Shown here one piece after another: positions 9,455-20,544 of a stretch of DNA of 64,000 bases (its first letter is position 1; every line of letters starts with the position of its first letter). This DNA is from Terriglobia bacterium. GTDB taxonomy: Bacteria; Acidobacteriota; Terriglobia; Acidiferrales; UBA7541. Location of the stretch: positions 3,200,001-3,264,000 of the forward strand of contig OY968796.1 of assembly GCA_963695545.1 (NCBI GenBank). The letters are read 5' to 3'. Both the position numbers and the translations under genes were made by a program. The notes under the pieces are model-generated. The model did no database searches. It was not told where the DNA came from and worked only from the letters and a program-made list of their open reading frames with translations.

Positions 9455-10460
9455 CGCGATGCGCAAAATTCTGGTGGTGAGGTTGTCGTCGCTCGGGGAT
9501 ATCGTGCATTCGCTGCCGGGCGTGGCGGCGCTTCGCGACGCGGCTCCGCGCGCCGAAATCGATTGGCTCGTGGCGCGCACTTGGGCGCCGATTCTTGAAG
9601 GTTGCCCGGTTGCGGATCGGTTGATCGTGTTTGATCAATCGCCGGCGAGCGGCATCATCCGCGCCGTGCGTCAATTGCGCTCGGCGGGCTACGACACGGC
9701 GGTCGATTTTCAGGGTTTGTACAAATCGGCGGCGCTCACTTTATTTTCGGGCGCGGCTCGGCGCGTAGGCTTCGACCGGCTTTCAGCGCGCGAGCCCGGC
9801 GCGGCGATTTTCTACAACGACCGCGTGCATGCGGGTGGCCCGCACCGCGTGCAGAAAAATCTTTCTTTGCCGCAGCATCTTGGCGCGCCGACAGGTGCGG
9901 AGCCGAATTTTCCGTTTCGCGTGGCGGACGCGGCGAGGCAATCGGTCCGAGAGCGCCTTGGCGCGCACGGCATTGCGAACTATTGGGTCGCGCTGCCTGG
10001 AGGAGGTTGGGTGGGAAAATTGTGGCCGGCGGAACGATACGGCGAACTGTGCCGCGAAGTGGAGCGGCGGCTCGGATTGCGCGCGCTGCTGATCGGCGGA
10101 CCGGGCGAAGAGAAACTTGCGGAGGCCGCGATTTCCACCGCCTCACCCGCCACGCCGATTCGCTTTCCGACGACGCTCAGTGAGTTGATGGCGGTACTCG
10201 CGCAAGCGCGTTTTGTCGTCGGCGGAGACACGGGCCCTTTGCATCTTGCCGCGGCGCTCGGCGTGCCCGTCGTCGGCCTCTACGGGCCCACCGATCCGGC
10301 GCAAACCGGGCCGTATACAAAAACGGCGGTGGTTGTGCGTAATGCGCGGCCTGAGGAAACCAGTTATCGCTTCAGCGCATCTCCTTCGCGAGCCATGCTT
10401 TCAATTTCCGTGGAGCAAGCGATCGCCGCCGTCGAGCAGCTTCAGGTCCTCGCGGCGTGA
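9447..10460 (+). CDS. waaC: LPS heptosyltransferase I (GT9)
   Basis: ILVVRLSSLGDIVH, DFQGLYKS, AREP, GGDTGPLHLAAALG, LYGPTDP. Confidence 0.88.
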   Translation: MPDAMRKILVVRLSSLGDIVHSLPGVAALRDAAPRAEIDWLVARTWAPILEGCPVADRLIVFDQSPASGIIRAVRQLRSAGYDTAVDFQGLYKSAALTLFSGAARRVGFDRLSAREPGAAIFYNDRVHAGGPHRVQKNLSLPQHLGAPTGAEPNFPFRVADAARQSVRERLGAHGIANYWVALPGGGWVGKLWPAERYGELCREVERRLGLRALLIGGPGEEKLAEAAISTASPATPIRFPTTLSELMAVLAQARFVVGGDTGPLHLAAALGVPVVGLYGPTDPAQTGPYTKTAVVVRNARPEETSYRFSASPSRAMLSISVEQAIAAVEQLQVLAA

Positions 10461-11005
10461 CGGACGCAGCGGATCGTTGGGTTCGATGGCGCGTGCCGGT
10501 CGGGTATCCGGTCGCGGCGGTTTGCTTTTATCTGGCGCGCCCGAGCGTGCGTTCACTGATCGTGGGCGGAGCCGTGGCGCTGTTCGGGCTCGCGGTGCGC
10601 GCGCTCGCGGCGGGCTACTTGCGCAAGAACGACGTACTCGCAACGTCCGGTCCTTACGCGCGCACGCGGAATCCGCTTTATTTCGGCAGCGTTTTTCTGG
10701 CGATCGGATTTTCGATTGCCAGCCGTTCGTGGATCGTGGCAATTCTGCTGGGCGTCTATTTCTCACTTTTCTATACGATGACCATGCGACGCGAAGGACG
10801 TTCGCTCGCGGCGCTGCACGGCGCGGCATTCGCGGACTACGCTGCGCGCGTTCCACTTTTTTTGCCGAGTCTGCGCTCGGTTTCCATCGGACAGCGAGTG
10901 GCGTTTTCGTGGAGCCAGTATCTCCGCAACAGAGAATATCGCGCGGCTATGGGAACGGCCGGCGCGATGGTGCTGCTGTGGCTGCTAATGCGCTGGCGCG
11001 GCTGA
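10457..11005 (+). CDS. Isoprenylcysteine carboxylmethyltransferase (ICMT/PEMT) family membrane methyltransferase
   Basis: LATSGPYARTRNPLYFG, REGRSL…FADYAARVPLFLP; several hydrophobic helices; GTGA overlap with waaC. Confidence 0.85.
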   Translation: MTDAADRWVRWRVPVGYPVAAVCFYLARPSVRSLIVGGAVALFGLAVRALAAGYLRKNDVLATSGPYARTRNPLYFGSVFLAIGFSIASRSWIVAILLGVYFSLFYTMTMRREGRSLAALHGAAFADYAARVPLFLPSLRSVSIGQRVAFSWSQYLRNREYRAAMGTAGAMVLLWLLMRWRG

Positions 11006-13652
11006 GCGCATGACCGTACATCCCGGCCGCGGCTGATGAGTTTTGCTGCGGCGGGTGAAGGTACGTGCTGACTTCGATTTGATTGCCGTCGCCCAACGAT
11101 GTGATCGCGCCGTCCCGATCCGTCCGGTAGACGACGGCTCCCGCCGCTTCAAGGCGATCCACCACCTCCGCCGCCGGATGACCGTAAGAATTATCAAAGC
11201 CGACTGAAATCGCCGCGAAGCGGGGATGCGCCGCGGCCACGAACCCATCGGTGGTGGACGTTTTGCTGCCGTGATGCGCAACCTTCAGGAAATCGCACGC
11301 GAGCGGATCTCCATCGTCGACCAAACTGCGCTCGATCGGCCGCTCGATGTCTCCGGTCAGCATCCAGGCGAGATGCCCGTCGACGATGCGCATGACCAGC
11401 GAATCGTCATTGCCGGCCGCGTCGACCGTGTCGGGTTTTTCAGGCCACAGCACCTGGCCGGACGCGCCGCCCCAATCAAACGTTGCGCCGCGCGATTGGT
11501 GAACGATGGGGATGCCGCGCGCACGGGCCAGATCGAGCAGCGCGCGGAAATCCGCGGCGCGAACGTCGCGGCCGATCCAGAGTTGGCCCACCTTGAAGTT
11601 TTTGAGCACCGCGGTGAGGCCGCCGAGATGATCTTCGTGGCCGTGCGTCAACGCGACCACGTCAAGCCGCTTGATCCCGCGCGACCACAAATACGGCGAG
11701 ACAACTTCTTCGCCAACGTCGATGCCTGCGCGCACTCCGCCGACGTGGAAGCTGCCCACCAATCCGCCGCCGTCAATCAGCATGGTGTGGCCGTCGGGAA
11801 ATGCCGCGAAAAGGGAATCGCCTTGGCCGATGTCGAGCACGGTCAGCTCGAAATCGCCGCGCTTCAAGTTCGGCGCGAAGGGATACACCGCGATCACGAT
11901 CGCCAGCGCGAGAGCCGCGACGAATGTGGACCATTGCAGGGTGCGGCGATTCGCGCGGATCGCCCACGCCAGCGCAAACGCCGCGACGAAAAAGGCAACC
12001 ATCACGGCTATTGGCGGTCCGGGGATGCGATACGAGCCGCGCGGCCATCGCGCGAACCAATCCACCGTCGCGTCAAGCGCGCCGAGCAAGAGACTGAGCG
12101 CGCGACCGAGGACATGCCCGAGGGCCGGCCACGCAAGCTCTGCGCTCAAGGCGATAAAACCAAGCGGCACGATGGCTGCCGTCAGAAGAACCGCGGGAAT
12201 GTTGGCGAACGGGGCTGTGAGCGCCACGCGATGAAAATAATGCGCCAGCAATGGCGACATGCCGAGCTGAAGAGCCAACGTCAACACGACGAATTCCCAT
12301 AACCGAAACGCCACGCGCAATGGCAGCGCAACGCCGCGGTCCGCCAAACGCGCGACGCGCGGCGTGCGCGCCGCGAGCCATCGCGACGCCGCGCGCACAT
12401 CCAAACGAAATTGCGCGGCGCGCGGAGCGTGGGCGCCGTCGCGCGTCACATCGCCCAAGTGGTCGAGCGCGCGGCGATACGGTTCACTCGACGCATCGAT
12501 CCACGGAAGCGCCAGCGCCGCGATGCTGCCCGCGGCAAGGAACGAGAGTAAGAAACTTGCGTCGGTGAGTTCCGAAGGACGAGCCATCAGAATCGCAAGC
12601 GCTGCGAGCGCTACAACGTGAATCAGAGGCACGCGTCGAAACCACACGCGGCTCGCAAGATACGCCGCGGCCATCAATGTGGCGCGCAGGATCGGCGGCC
12701 GGTCTTCCACGACCGCGGCGAACGCGCACAGACCGGCGAGCGTGAACAGCGCGGTCCACACCATGGAAAAGCGAAGCCGGCGCGCGATCCAGAAGAGCAG
12801 CGCCGCGAGCGCGGCGACGTGAAGCCCGGCGAGAACAAGCACGTGATACACGCCGGACTTCTGATACGCTTCGGCGCGATCGTGTTCGATGAAACTTCGG
12901 TCGCCGAGCAGCATGGCGCGCGCCACGGCGACCCGATCTGGCTGCCCCGGCAGCATCTCATCGAGCGCCTGAAGTAATCGGCCGCGCGTCCGCGCCAGAC
13001 GATCGGATATTCGCAGACGCGGCGTCGCGACGACGGTGAGCAATTCGCCGCTGCGCAATGAGCCTTCGAGATTTATGTTTTGCCGCTCGAGATAGCCGCG
13101 ATAATCGAACCCGCCGGGGTCGCCGAAATTCCGCGCGGGCCGCGCGCGCACCAGCGCCTCGATGCGATCTCCGGCTCGCGCCCCGGGCGGATCGGGCGCG
13201 CCGGGCTCCCAGTAATAGTTCACGCGAAGCCCGCCCTGCACGGGAATTTCGACGCCGCCCACCTCGACCTCTTCGAGCCCAATTTCGTATCGCAATCCCC
13301 ACGGCAGTCGAACCGGATCCTGTCGCAAGCGTCCGGTCCAGCGCAGCGGCTGTTTAGGATCGAGCTGCCCGGCGTCCACCAGATGACTCGCGAGGTTTGC
13401 GCGCACTGCGGCACGTTCGAGTGTCGCCGCAGCGCCGCCGAGCGCCAGCCACGCTGCTACGGCGCCCACCCACGCGAGCCACACGCGCCCGCGGCGGGTT
13501 GCCAGCGCCGCGGCCGCCACGCCGAGGCATGCGAATGCAAGCAGAAACCAAATGCGTGCCGCGATCTGTGCAGGGAAATGTGTGAGAACTACGCCGGCCA
13601 ACAAAATGCCGCCGGCGAACGCCGCGACGATCGGGAGGGAAGGTAGCTTCAT
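10947..13652 (-). CDS. comEC: DNA internalization competence protein ComEC/Rec2
   Basis: NFGDPGGFDY, GVYHVLVLAGLHV, SFLLSF, metallo-beta-lactamase domain LDIGQGDS…LIDGG…THGHEDHLGG…LKVAHHGS…YGHP…YRTDRDG. Confidence 0.93.
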   Translation of the reverse strand: MKLPSLPIVAAFAGGILLAGVVLTHFPAQIAARIWFLLAFACLGVAAAALATRRGRVWLAWVGAVAAWLALGGAAATLERAAVRANLASHLVDAGQLDPKQPLRWTGRLRQDPVRLPWGLRYEIGLEEVEVGGVEIPVQGGLRVNYYWEPGAPDPPGARAGDRIEALVRARPARNFGDPGGFDYRGYLERQNINLEGSLRSGELLTVVATPRLRISDRLARTRGRLLQALDEMLPGQPDRVAVARAMLLGDRSFIEHDRAEAYQKSGVYHVLVLAGLHVAALAALLFWIARRLRFSMVWTALFTLAGLCAFAAVVEDRPPILRATLMAAAYLASRVWFRRVPLIHVVALAALAILMARPSELTDASFLLSFLAAGSIAALALPWIDASSEPYRRALDHLGDVTRDGAHAPRAAQFRLDVRAASRWLAARTPRVARLADRGVALPLRVAFRLWEFVVLTLALQLGMSPLLAHYFHRVALTAPFANIPAVLLTAAIVPLGFIALSAELAWPALGHVLGRALSLLLGALDATVDWFARWPRGSYRIPGPPIAVMVAFFVAAFALAWAIRANRRTLQWSTFVAALALAIVIAVYPFAPNLKRGDFELTVLDIGQGDSLFAAFPDGHTMLIDGGGLVGSFHVGGVRAGIDVGEEVVSPYLWSRGIKRLDVVALTHGHEDHLGGLTAVLKNFKVGQLWIGRDVRAADFRALLDLARARGIPIVHQSRGATFDWGGASGQVLWPEKPDTVDAAGNDDSLVMRIVDGHLAWMLTGDIERPIERSLVDDGDPLACDFLKVAHHGSKTSTTDGFVAAAHPRFAAISVGFDNSYGHPAAEVVDRLEAAGAVVYRTDRDGAITSLGDGNQIEVSTYLHPPQQNSSAAAGMYGHALSRASALAATAAPSRRPFP

Positions 13653-14986
13653 GCGCGCCGTTCAAGACGCACGAGAGCCTCCATATGATACGTTTGTGGG
13701 AAAATGTCAATTAAATTAACGTCACGAATCTCGTACTGCGCCGCGGTTTCGTCCGGCGCCGCGAGCACAGCAAGATCGCGCGCGAGCGTCGGAGGGTCGC
13801 ACGAGAGATAGAGAATCTCGCGCGGCGCCAGCTTGCGCAAATGATGCAGCGCCGATTCCGCGACGCCCGCGCGCGGCGGGTCGAGCACCACAAAGTCGGG
13901 CTCTTCGTGCCAGCGCTCGAGAAATGCTTCCGCAGTAGACAAACGCGAGGTTGGGGACGCACCGCCGCTTTCGTGCAGGTTGAATTCAAGATCACGGGCC
14001 GCCGCCGGATTCGATTCCACAGCGACGACGCGCTCGAACTGCCGTGCCAGCGGGCGACTGAAGAGGCCAACGCCCGCGTAGAGATCGAGCGCCAGTTTTC
14101 CGCGCCGCTCCCCGCACACCAGCGACACCACGGCGTCCAGCGCAAACCGGTTCACTTGGAAAAAGGAAAGATGCCCCACGCGATACGTATGATCGCCGAC
14201 CGTGTACGACAGATCCCCCGGTCCATCGAGCGACATCTTGCCTTCCTTGGGTTCGACGAACAGCAGCGATTCAATCTCCGGCAGCGCCGCGCGCAACGTC
14301 TGCTCGAGGCCGCCGGCCTGCGGCAATCGCTCCACCGAACAATTTAGAAGCAGCTTGCGATCGTCACCATCAACGAACGCTTCGATTTCGTCGACGCTTT
14401 TTAACGCATCTCCCGCAGCGAGCAGTTCGCCGATCCGCAGCAGTGTGCGCTCGAGCAGTGGCGACAGAATCGGGCACGCCCCGACGGGGCAGAGCGTCTG
14501 GCTACCCGCCTCGAAATATCCGATGCTCAGGCGCCCATCGACGCGCCGGATTTTCCACTGCGCGCGATTGCGATAATAAAATTGCGGAAACGAGCGCGTT
14601 TCGATCGGGCCTTCCCAGCGAATGTGCCCAATGCGCCCGAGGGTCTCGCGCAGAATCTCGGACTTGGCGCGGAGCTGCGCGGAATATTCGAGATGCTGAT
14701 AGTTGCATCCGCCGCACACGCCGAAATGCGGGCACGGCGCGGTAATTCTTTCTGGAGACGGCTCCAGGATTTGCTCGACGCGGGCGCGAATGAATTTCTT
14801 TTTCTGCTCAATGGGTCGAACGCGGGCCAGCTCTCCCGGCAGAAGAAACGGCACGAACACCGCGCGATTGTCGTAGTGCGCGAGCGCATCCGGTCCATAG
14901 ACGAGCTTTTCGGCTCGCACTTCGATCGGTGCGGCGGGTTCAGCCGCCACAGCCTTGTGACGCGTGTTTTTCATTTTCACTTTCAA
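13649..14986 (-). CDS. rlmD: 23S rRNA (uracil-5)-methyltransferase, RlmD/TrmA family
   Basis: TRAM-like N-terminus, CPHFGVCGGCNYQH Fe-S motif, SFFQVN, DLYAGVG, LDPPRAG, YLSCDP. Confidence 0.88.
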   Translation of the reverse strand: MKVKMKNTRHKAVAAEPAAPIEVRAEKLVYGPDALAHYDNRAVFVPFLLPGELARVRPIEQKKKFIRARVEQILEPSPERITAPCPHFGVCGGCNYQHLEYSAQLRAKSEILRETLGRIGHIRWEGPIETRSFPQFYYRNRAQWKIRRVDGRLSIGYFEAGSQTLCPVGACPILSPLLERTLLRIGELLAAGDALKSVDEIEAFVDGDDRKLLLNCSVERLPQAGGLEQTLRAALPEIESLLFVEPKEGKMSLDGPGDLSYTVGDHTYRVGHLSFFQVNRFALDAVVSLVCGERRGKLALDLYAGVGLFSRPLARQFERVVAVESNPAAARDLEFNLHESGGASPTSRLSTAEAFLERWHEEPDFVVLDPPRAGVAESALHHLRKLAPREILYLSCDPPTLARDLAVLAAPDETAAQYEIRDVNLIDIFPQTYHMEALVRLERRA

Positions 14987-15067
14987 TCGCGGATGAAGAT
15001 CTTCGTTACGGTCGTTTTGCTGTGGACAAGCGTATCACGGCACCGGTGCGCCGGCTCGCTCGCTCAC

Positions 15068-15790
15068 CTAACTCAAATAATAAAGACTCAGCCGCGGCAA
15101 CCGATAATGTTCCCAGAGCCGCTTGTCGATATATTTCTGCTCGAGTTGTCCGAGCTGTGCCGCTGTCATTTTGCCGCGATACGGCGCAAGTTGCCGATCG
15201 AGATCGCGCCGAATGCCGACCAGCGTCTCATCCGGCGCACAGGCGCGCATCGCCGCGGTAAGCTTTTCTTCGATCACGGTCAGTTGCCGCTCGAGATCCT
15301 CAAGGTCGATCGTGCCCGGCGCATCGAGCAGCGGCGCAAGCGCCGCCAATCGCGCGCTCGCGTCGGCCAGTCGCGCCGCAAGGTCGGGCGCAGCGACCCG
15401 CGATCCATTCGCAGCCTGGGAGAGCCGCTCGCGATTGCGCGCGAAATAGGCGCTCAGTTCAGACGGCGAAAACGATTCGGTGTGCGCCGCGCGCGGCAGT
15501 TCGGGCCCTTTGCCCGCCGCGGCTTCCTTCTCCTGCTCCGCCGCTTCGAGCACCGCGTCCACGCAATACGCCAAACTTTTCAGCGGTTTCCCGGCGCCGC
15601 GCCGCGAGCGTCCGTAGCTCTCAAACGCGCGATCGATTCCTTTGAGCACCGCCGTCAGCGGAATCCCGGCCTGCTGCCAGGTTTCGAGAATGGCCCAATC
15701 GAGCGGTGAGACCAGCAAGTGCGCGCCGCGCTTGCGCCAGAAATGCTCCTCGATTTCGGTGTAGTAGTTGAAATAATTGAATGCGGCCAT
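15068..15790 (-). CDS. Hypothetical protein, N-terminal part DnaD-domain-like
   Basis: In the valS-birA-coaX run; SPLDWAILETWQQAGIPLTAVLKGIDRAF…KSLAYCVDAV. ORF well supported; domain call tentative. Start ATG 15790. Confidence 0.7.
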   Translation of the reverse strand: MAAFNYFNYYTEIEEHFWRKRGAHLLVSPLDWAILETWQQAGIPLTAVLKGIDRAFESYGRSRRGAGKPLKSLAYCVDAVLEAAEQEKEAAAGKGPELPRAAHTESFSPSELSAYFARNRERLSQAANGSRVAAPDLAARLADASARLAALAPLLDAPGTIDLEDLERQLTVIEEKLTAAMRACAPDETLVGIRRDLDRQLAPYRGKMTAAQLGQLEQKYIDKRLWEHYRLPRLSLYYLS

Positions 15791-15815
15791 TCGATCCTGC
15801 GCGCTCGGCACGCGA

Positions 15816-16643
15816 TTAGCGCGCGGGCCGAGAAGGCCGGGACGTAGCCGCATCCGGCGCGGCAGGGCCTCGCGCGCGTTCGCGATTGCGATCCCAAAGA
15901 ATGCGCAGGCCTTCGAGCGTCAGGAATTCGTCGGTCGTTTGAATGTACCGCGAGGCCGGAGCAATGAGCGGCGCGTGTCCTCCGGTCGCGACTACCCGCG
16001 TATCCGCGCCCAGCACGTTCTTCATTCGGCCCAGAATGCCGTCCACGAGATCGGTGAAGCCATAGAACAGGCCGGCCTGCATGGCATTCGCGGTATTCGT
16101 GCCGATGATCGAGCCGGGATCCTTAATTTCCACGCGCCACAACCGCGCCGCGCGCGAAAAAAGCGCTTCGGCCGAAATGCCGATCCCCGGAGCAAGCGCG
16201 CCGCCCAAATACTCTCCTTCGGCGGAGATCACGTCGAAATTAATTGCCGTGCCGAAATCCACCACGATGCATGGCGCGCCGTATTTCGCCAGCGCCGCAA
16301 CGCTATTCACCAGGCGATCCGCGCCGATTTCCAGCGGATTGTCGTATTTGATCGCCATCCCGAAGTCCAAGCCGGGTTCAACGAACAGCGCGTGCAATCC
16401 AAAGTAACGCTGCGCCATTTCGGCGAGCGTGGAATTCAGCGGCGGCACCACAGAGCTAATAATCGCGCCTGTAATTTCGCTGGGATCGAGGCCGGCCAGG
16501 GTGAAAAGTTCGCGCGTCAAAATGCCGTACTCGTCGACCGTTTGATCGCGTGCAGTCGTCAGCCGCCAGTGCGCCAGAAGCGTGGTGTCGCGAAAAACGC
16601 CCAGCACCGTATTGGTGTTGCCCACGTCAAGAGCCAGCAGCAT
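15816..16643 (-). CDS. coaX: Type III pantothenate kinase
   Basis: [38 protein letters not shown]. Confidence 0.95.
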   Translation of the reverse strand: MLLALDVGNTNTVLGVFRDTTLLAHWRLTTARDQTVDEYGILTRELFTLAGLDPSEITGAIISSVVPPLNSTLAEMAQRYFGLHALFVEPGLDFGMAIKYDNPLEIGADRLVNSVAALAKYGAPCIVVDFGTAINFDVISAEGEYLGGALAPGIGISAEALFSRAARLWRVEIKDPGSIIGTNTANAMQAGLFYGFTDLVDGILGRMKNVLGADTRVVATGGHAPLIAPASRYIQTTDEFLTLEGLRILWDRNRERARGPAAPDAATSRPSRPAR

Positions 16644-17647
16644 CAGTTCGCCTCAGTAAGATCGCCGGAGACTACGGTCACAGTCGAACCGTCGTCGCGC
16701 GTCACACGCAGAAAACCGCTTGGTTCAAGCCCGGCCGTTGTGCCCTCGTAGGTTTCGCCAGCCGTCGCGATGCGCACGCGCTTTCCGCTCGCATAGCTTG
16801 AAACCGCCGCGAAACGCTCCAGAATCGGCCGCGGTCCTTCCGCCAGAAACCGATTGTAGTGGTTCTCAAGGCTGCGCAGCAACCGTGCCACAAGTTCGAT
16901 GCGCGATTGCACACGTCCCGTCTCAATTCGCAAAGACGTTGCGATCGGCGCGAGTGAATCCGGCAGCTTCGCGTGGTTCACGTCGATCCCCATGCCGACT
17001 ACCACAAAATGAATGCGATCGGGCTCGGCGTGCATCTCCGTTAAAACGCCGCAGAATTTCTTGCGGCCGATCAGCAGGTCGTTGGGCCAGCGCAAATCGG
17101 GCGCAAGACCGGTGGTTTCGGCCACGGCATCGCGCACGGCGAGGCCCGCGACCAGCGTGATCAGTTGCGCCTGCTGCGGCGGAATCGGCGGGCGCAGCAG
17201 CACGGTCATGTAAATGCCGCTGGTTTTTTCTGAATGCCAAACGCGCCGCGAACGCCCGCGCCCTGCCGTTTGTTCCTCGGCCACGACTACGGCGCCGTGT
17301 GGCTCGCCTTCCTCGCCCAGCCGCATCGCAATGTTATTGGTGGAATCGATTTTGAAGAAGTGATAGATGCGCTTGCCGAAAACCGATCCTCGCAGTTGCC
17401 GGCGCAACAAATCCGGCGCGAGCACATCCGGCACCTTCTCGATCGTATAACCGCTTCGCGGATGCCCGTTCACCTTCACGCCCAGTGAGCGCAGCGTCTC
17501 GATCCATCGCCACACCGTCGAGCGGCTCACTCCGATCTGCCGCGCGATTTTTGCGCCACTGATCACGATCATCGGGTTGTCGGCAAGCAGCGCGAGCAGC
17601 GAATCGACTTTTCGGTCCGTTGTGCCGGGAAGGGAACGAAGGGCCAT
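16643..17647 (-). CDS. birA: Bifunctional biotin operon repressor / biotin-protein ligase
   Basis: N-terminal HTH ([17 protein letters not shown]), [28 protein letters not shown]. Confidence 0.95.
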   Translation of the reverse strand: MALRSLPGTTDRKVDSLLALLADNPMIVISGAKIARQIGVSRSTVWRWIETLRSLGVKVNGHPRSGYTIEKVPDVLAPDLLRRQLRGSVFGKRIYHFFKIDSTNNIAMRLGEEGEPHGAVVVAEEQTAGRGRSRRVWHSEKTSGIYMTVLLRPPIPPQQAQLITLVAGLAVRDAVAETTGLAPDLRWPNDLLIGRKKFCGVLTEMHAEPDRIHFVVVGMGIDVNHAKLPDSLAPIATSLRIETGRVQSRIELVARLLRSLENHYNRFLAEGPRPILERFAAVSSYASGKRVRIATAGETYEGTTAGLEPSGFLRVTRDDGSTVTVVSGDLTEAN

Positions 17648-17697
17648 AATCTCCAGTCCGCCTCACAATACGAAACGCTGCGGGCGGCGCGCCGGCG

Positions 17698-20424
17698 TTA
17701 GCTAGGCGCGCCGCCGGATAATTTTTCCATTTCCGCGAAACGGTCGCCCAATTTGACCAATTCGACTTCGCGCTCGGCCAGCGTTTCTCGAGCCCAGCGA
17801 CGATCTCCGCGGGAGCGCGCTGGCGAAACGTCGGGTCCGCCAAGCGTTTCTTCTTCGATTCAATATCGCGTGTCAATCGCTCTCGTTCTTTCGCGATGCG
17901 CACAAGTTCGGCCTGGGCATCGACAGCCTCGCCGTAAGCGATGCGCAAATCGAATTGCGCTGTGGAGCGCAACGCCCCGCCCGCGGCTTCGAGCATTTGT
18001 CGCGCGATGCGCAGGTCGGTGAGTATCGCAAGACGCGCAATCGAATCTCGGTGTGCTTCAGCAACCGCGCGAACTGCAAGGTCGGACGCAAAGAACTCCG
18101 CCGCAACTTTGCGCTTCGCGTCCACCTTCATCTCCGCGCGAAGATTGCGGGCGGCGGTGATGATTTCTTCAAGGAGCGCGAAGTCGGCCTCGGCCTGATC
18201 GTCCTTCCATTCCGCGCGCGCGGTAGGAAACGCCGCAAGCGCGATCGATCGCGCACCCTCCCTTTGCGGAAGCCGCTGCCACAGTTCCTCGGTGAGGAAC
18301 GGCATGAAGGGATGCAACAATCGCAAGGAAGCCTCGAACGCGGCGAACAGATTCTTCCACGAATCGCAGCGCGTTCCCGGTCCGTCGAAGAAAGTTCCGG
18401 CTTCACCCATTCGATGTACCAATCGCAAAAATCGCCCCAGAAGAAGTGGTAGACCACATGCGCCGCCTCATGGAATCGAAATCCCTCGAGCGCGTCATTC
18501 ATTTCCTCGGTAACGCGCGCGAGCCGCGCGAAAATCCAGCGGTCGGCCAGCGGCACGGTGCCGGCCGGTGCAGGGCACGGCGCGCCTTCGCGAATTTCGG
18601 GAGCGGCCAGATCTTCGAGCGTGGTTCCCGTCGCCGTCGAGAACTTATCGAGATTCAAAAACAGAAATCGCGCCGCGTTCCAAATCTTGTTCGCGAACGC
18701 GCGATAGCTCAGGATGCGGTCTTCGCTCAGCACGATGTCCGTGCCGGGCGCGGCCATGCTGGCGAGCGTGAAGCGCATGGCGTCGGTCCCAAATTTCCGA
18801 TTGAGTTCGATCGGATCGATGCCCGTGCCCTTGGACTTCGACATCTTTTGCCCTTCGGCCGTACGCACGAGCGAATGGAGGTAAACGCTGGCGGAACGGA
18901 ACTTTGCCCGTGAAGTTTCAGTCCCATCATGATCATTCGCGCGACCCAGAAAAAAAGAATGTCGTACCCGGTAATCAGCAGGCTCGTCGGATAGTACGTT
19001 TTGTAGTCAGGTGTTTCGTCCGGCCAGCCCATGGTCGAAAATGGCCAGAGCGCCGAACTGAACCATGTTTCCAGCATGTCGGGATCCTGCACGGGTTTCG
19101 CCGCGCCACATTTCGGGCACGCCGCTGGCGCCGTGCGCGCCACGATAATTTCTGCGCAGTCGGCGCAGTGCCACGCGGGAATGCGGTGTCCCCACCAGAT
19201 TTGCCGCGAGATGCACCAATCGCGAATATTGCGCATCCACTCGAAATATACGCCGCGCCAATGCTCGGGCACAATTTCAATTTCGCCGCGCTCGACGGCG
19301 GCTATCGCGGGATCGGCCAGCGGCTTCATCTTCACGAACCACTGCGTCGAAGCGCGCGGCTCAACCACCGTTCCGCAGCGATCGCAGGTGCCGACGGCGT
19401 GCGTGTGATCCTCGACCCGCGCTAGAAGTCCCTGCGCCTCGAGATCGCGCACGATTTTGTCGCGCGCCGCGAAGCGATCAAGTCCCGCGTAAGGCCCCGC
19501 GGCCTCGCTCATAATCGCGTCATCGGTCATCACGTCGATTTCCGGCAGGTTGTGGCGGCGTCCCATCTCGAAGTCGTTCGGATCGTGCGCCGGCGTGACC
19601 TTCACGGCGCCCGTGCCGAATTCGCGGTCCACAAATCGATCGGCCACGATGGGAATTTCGCGGCCGATCAACGGCAACCGCACTTTCTTGCCGATCATGC
19701 CGCGATATCGTTCGTCGTCCGGGTGCACGGCCACGCCGGTGTCCCCGAGCATCGTTTCGGGCCGCGTCGTGGCCACAACGATGGAATCCGATCCATCCGC
19801 GAGTGGATAGCGGATGTGCCACAAATGCCCCTGCCGTTCCTGATGAACCACCTCGAGATCGCTCATCGCCGTGCGGCATTGCGGGCACCAATTCACGATG
19901 TAGTGCCCGCGATAAATCAGCCCATCTTCGTAAAGGCGCACAAAAACTTCGGTCACCGCGCGCGACATTTCGGGTGAAAGCGTGAAGCGTTCGCGAGTCC
20001 AATCGCAGCTCTCGCCGATTTGGATCATCTGCCGCGTGATCGTGCCGCCGGATTCTTCTTTCCAGCGCCACACTTCATCCAGAAATCTCTCGCGGCCCTA
20101 GCGCTCGGTAATCGATCGCCGCGCGCTTGCAGTTGGCGCACCACGACGCGTTGCGTTGAAATCGCCGCGTGGTCTGTGCCCGGCAGATAGAGCGTGTTAT
20201 ACCCCGCGCATGCGCTGCCAGCGCGTGAGGATGTCGATTTCGGTGTGATCGAGCATGTGGCCGATGTGCAGCAACCCGGTGACGTTCGGCGGCGGGATCA
20301 CGATGGAGAAGACCGGGCCCGGCGCGTTCGCATCGGCGCGAAACAATTCCTGCTCGACCCAGGCGCGCGCCCACTTCTGCTCGATCTCGTGCGGTTCATA
20401 AGCTTTCGGAATCTCGATGGGCAT
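17698..20424 (-). CDS. valS: Valyl-tRNA synthetase, interrupted by about 7 single-base indels (probably assembly errors)
   Basis: Pieces in successive frames: [86 protein letters not shown]-terminal coiled coil. ATG 20424; reconstructed stop at 17698. Confidence 0.93.
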
Positions 20425-20544
20425 GATTGGGCGTCGAAAAGCGAGATGAATACTATACGGGGCACGGCACGAACCGGTCAAATTCGCGAAAGTGTCTTTG
20501 GGTGAAGACTCAAGGAGATTGGCCTGCGGTCCGCGGGCAGGTAC

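Noticed and set aside
15021..15029. DnaA-box-like TGTGGACAA
   Set aside because: A single one-mismatch box with no cluster or dnaA nearby; expected by chance.
17698..20424. Programmed frameshifting as the explanation for split valS
   Set aside because: About seven shifts in both directions, with no slippery heptamers at the sites, is not compatible with known recoding.
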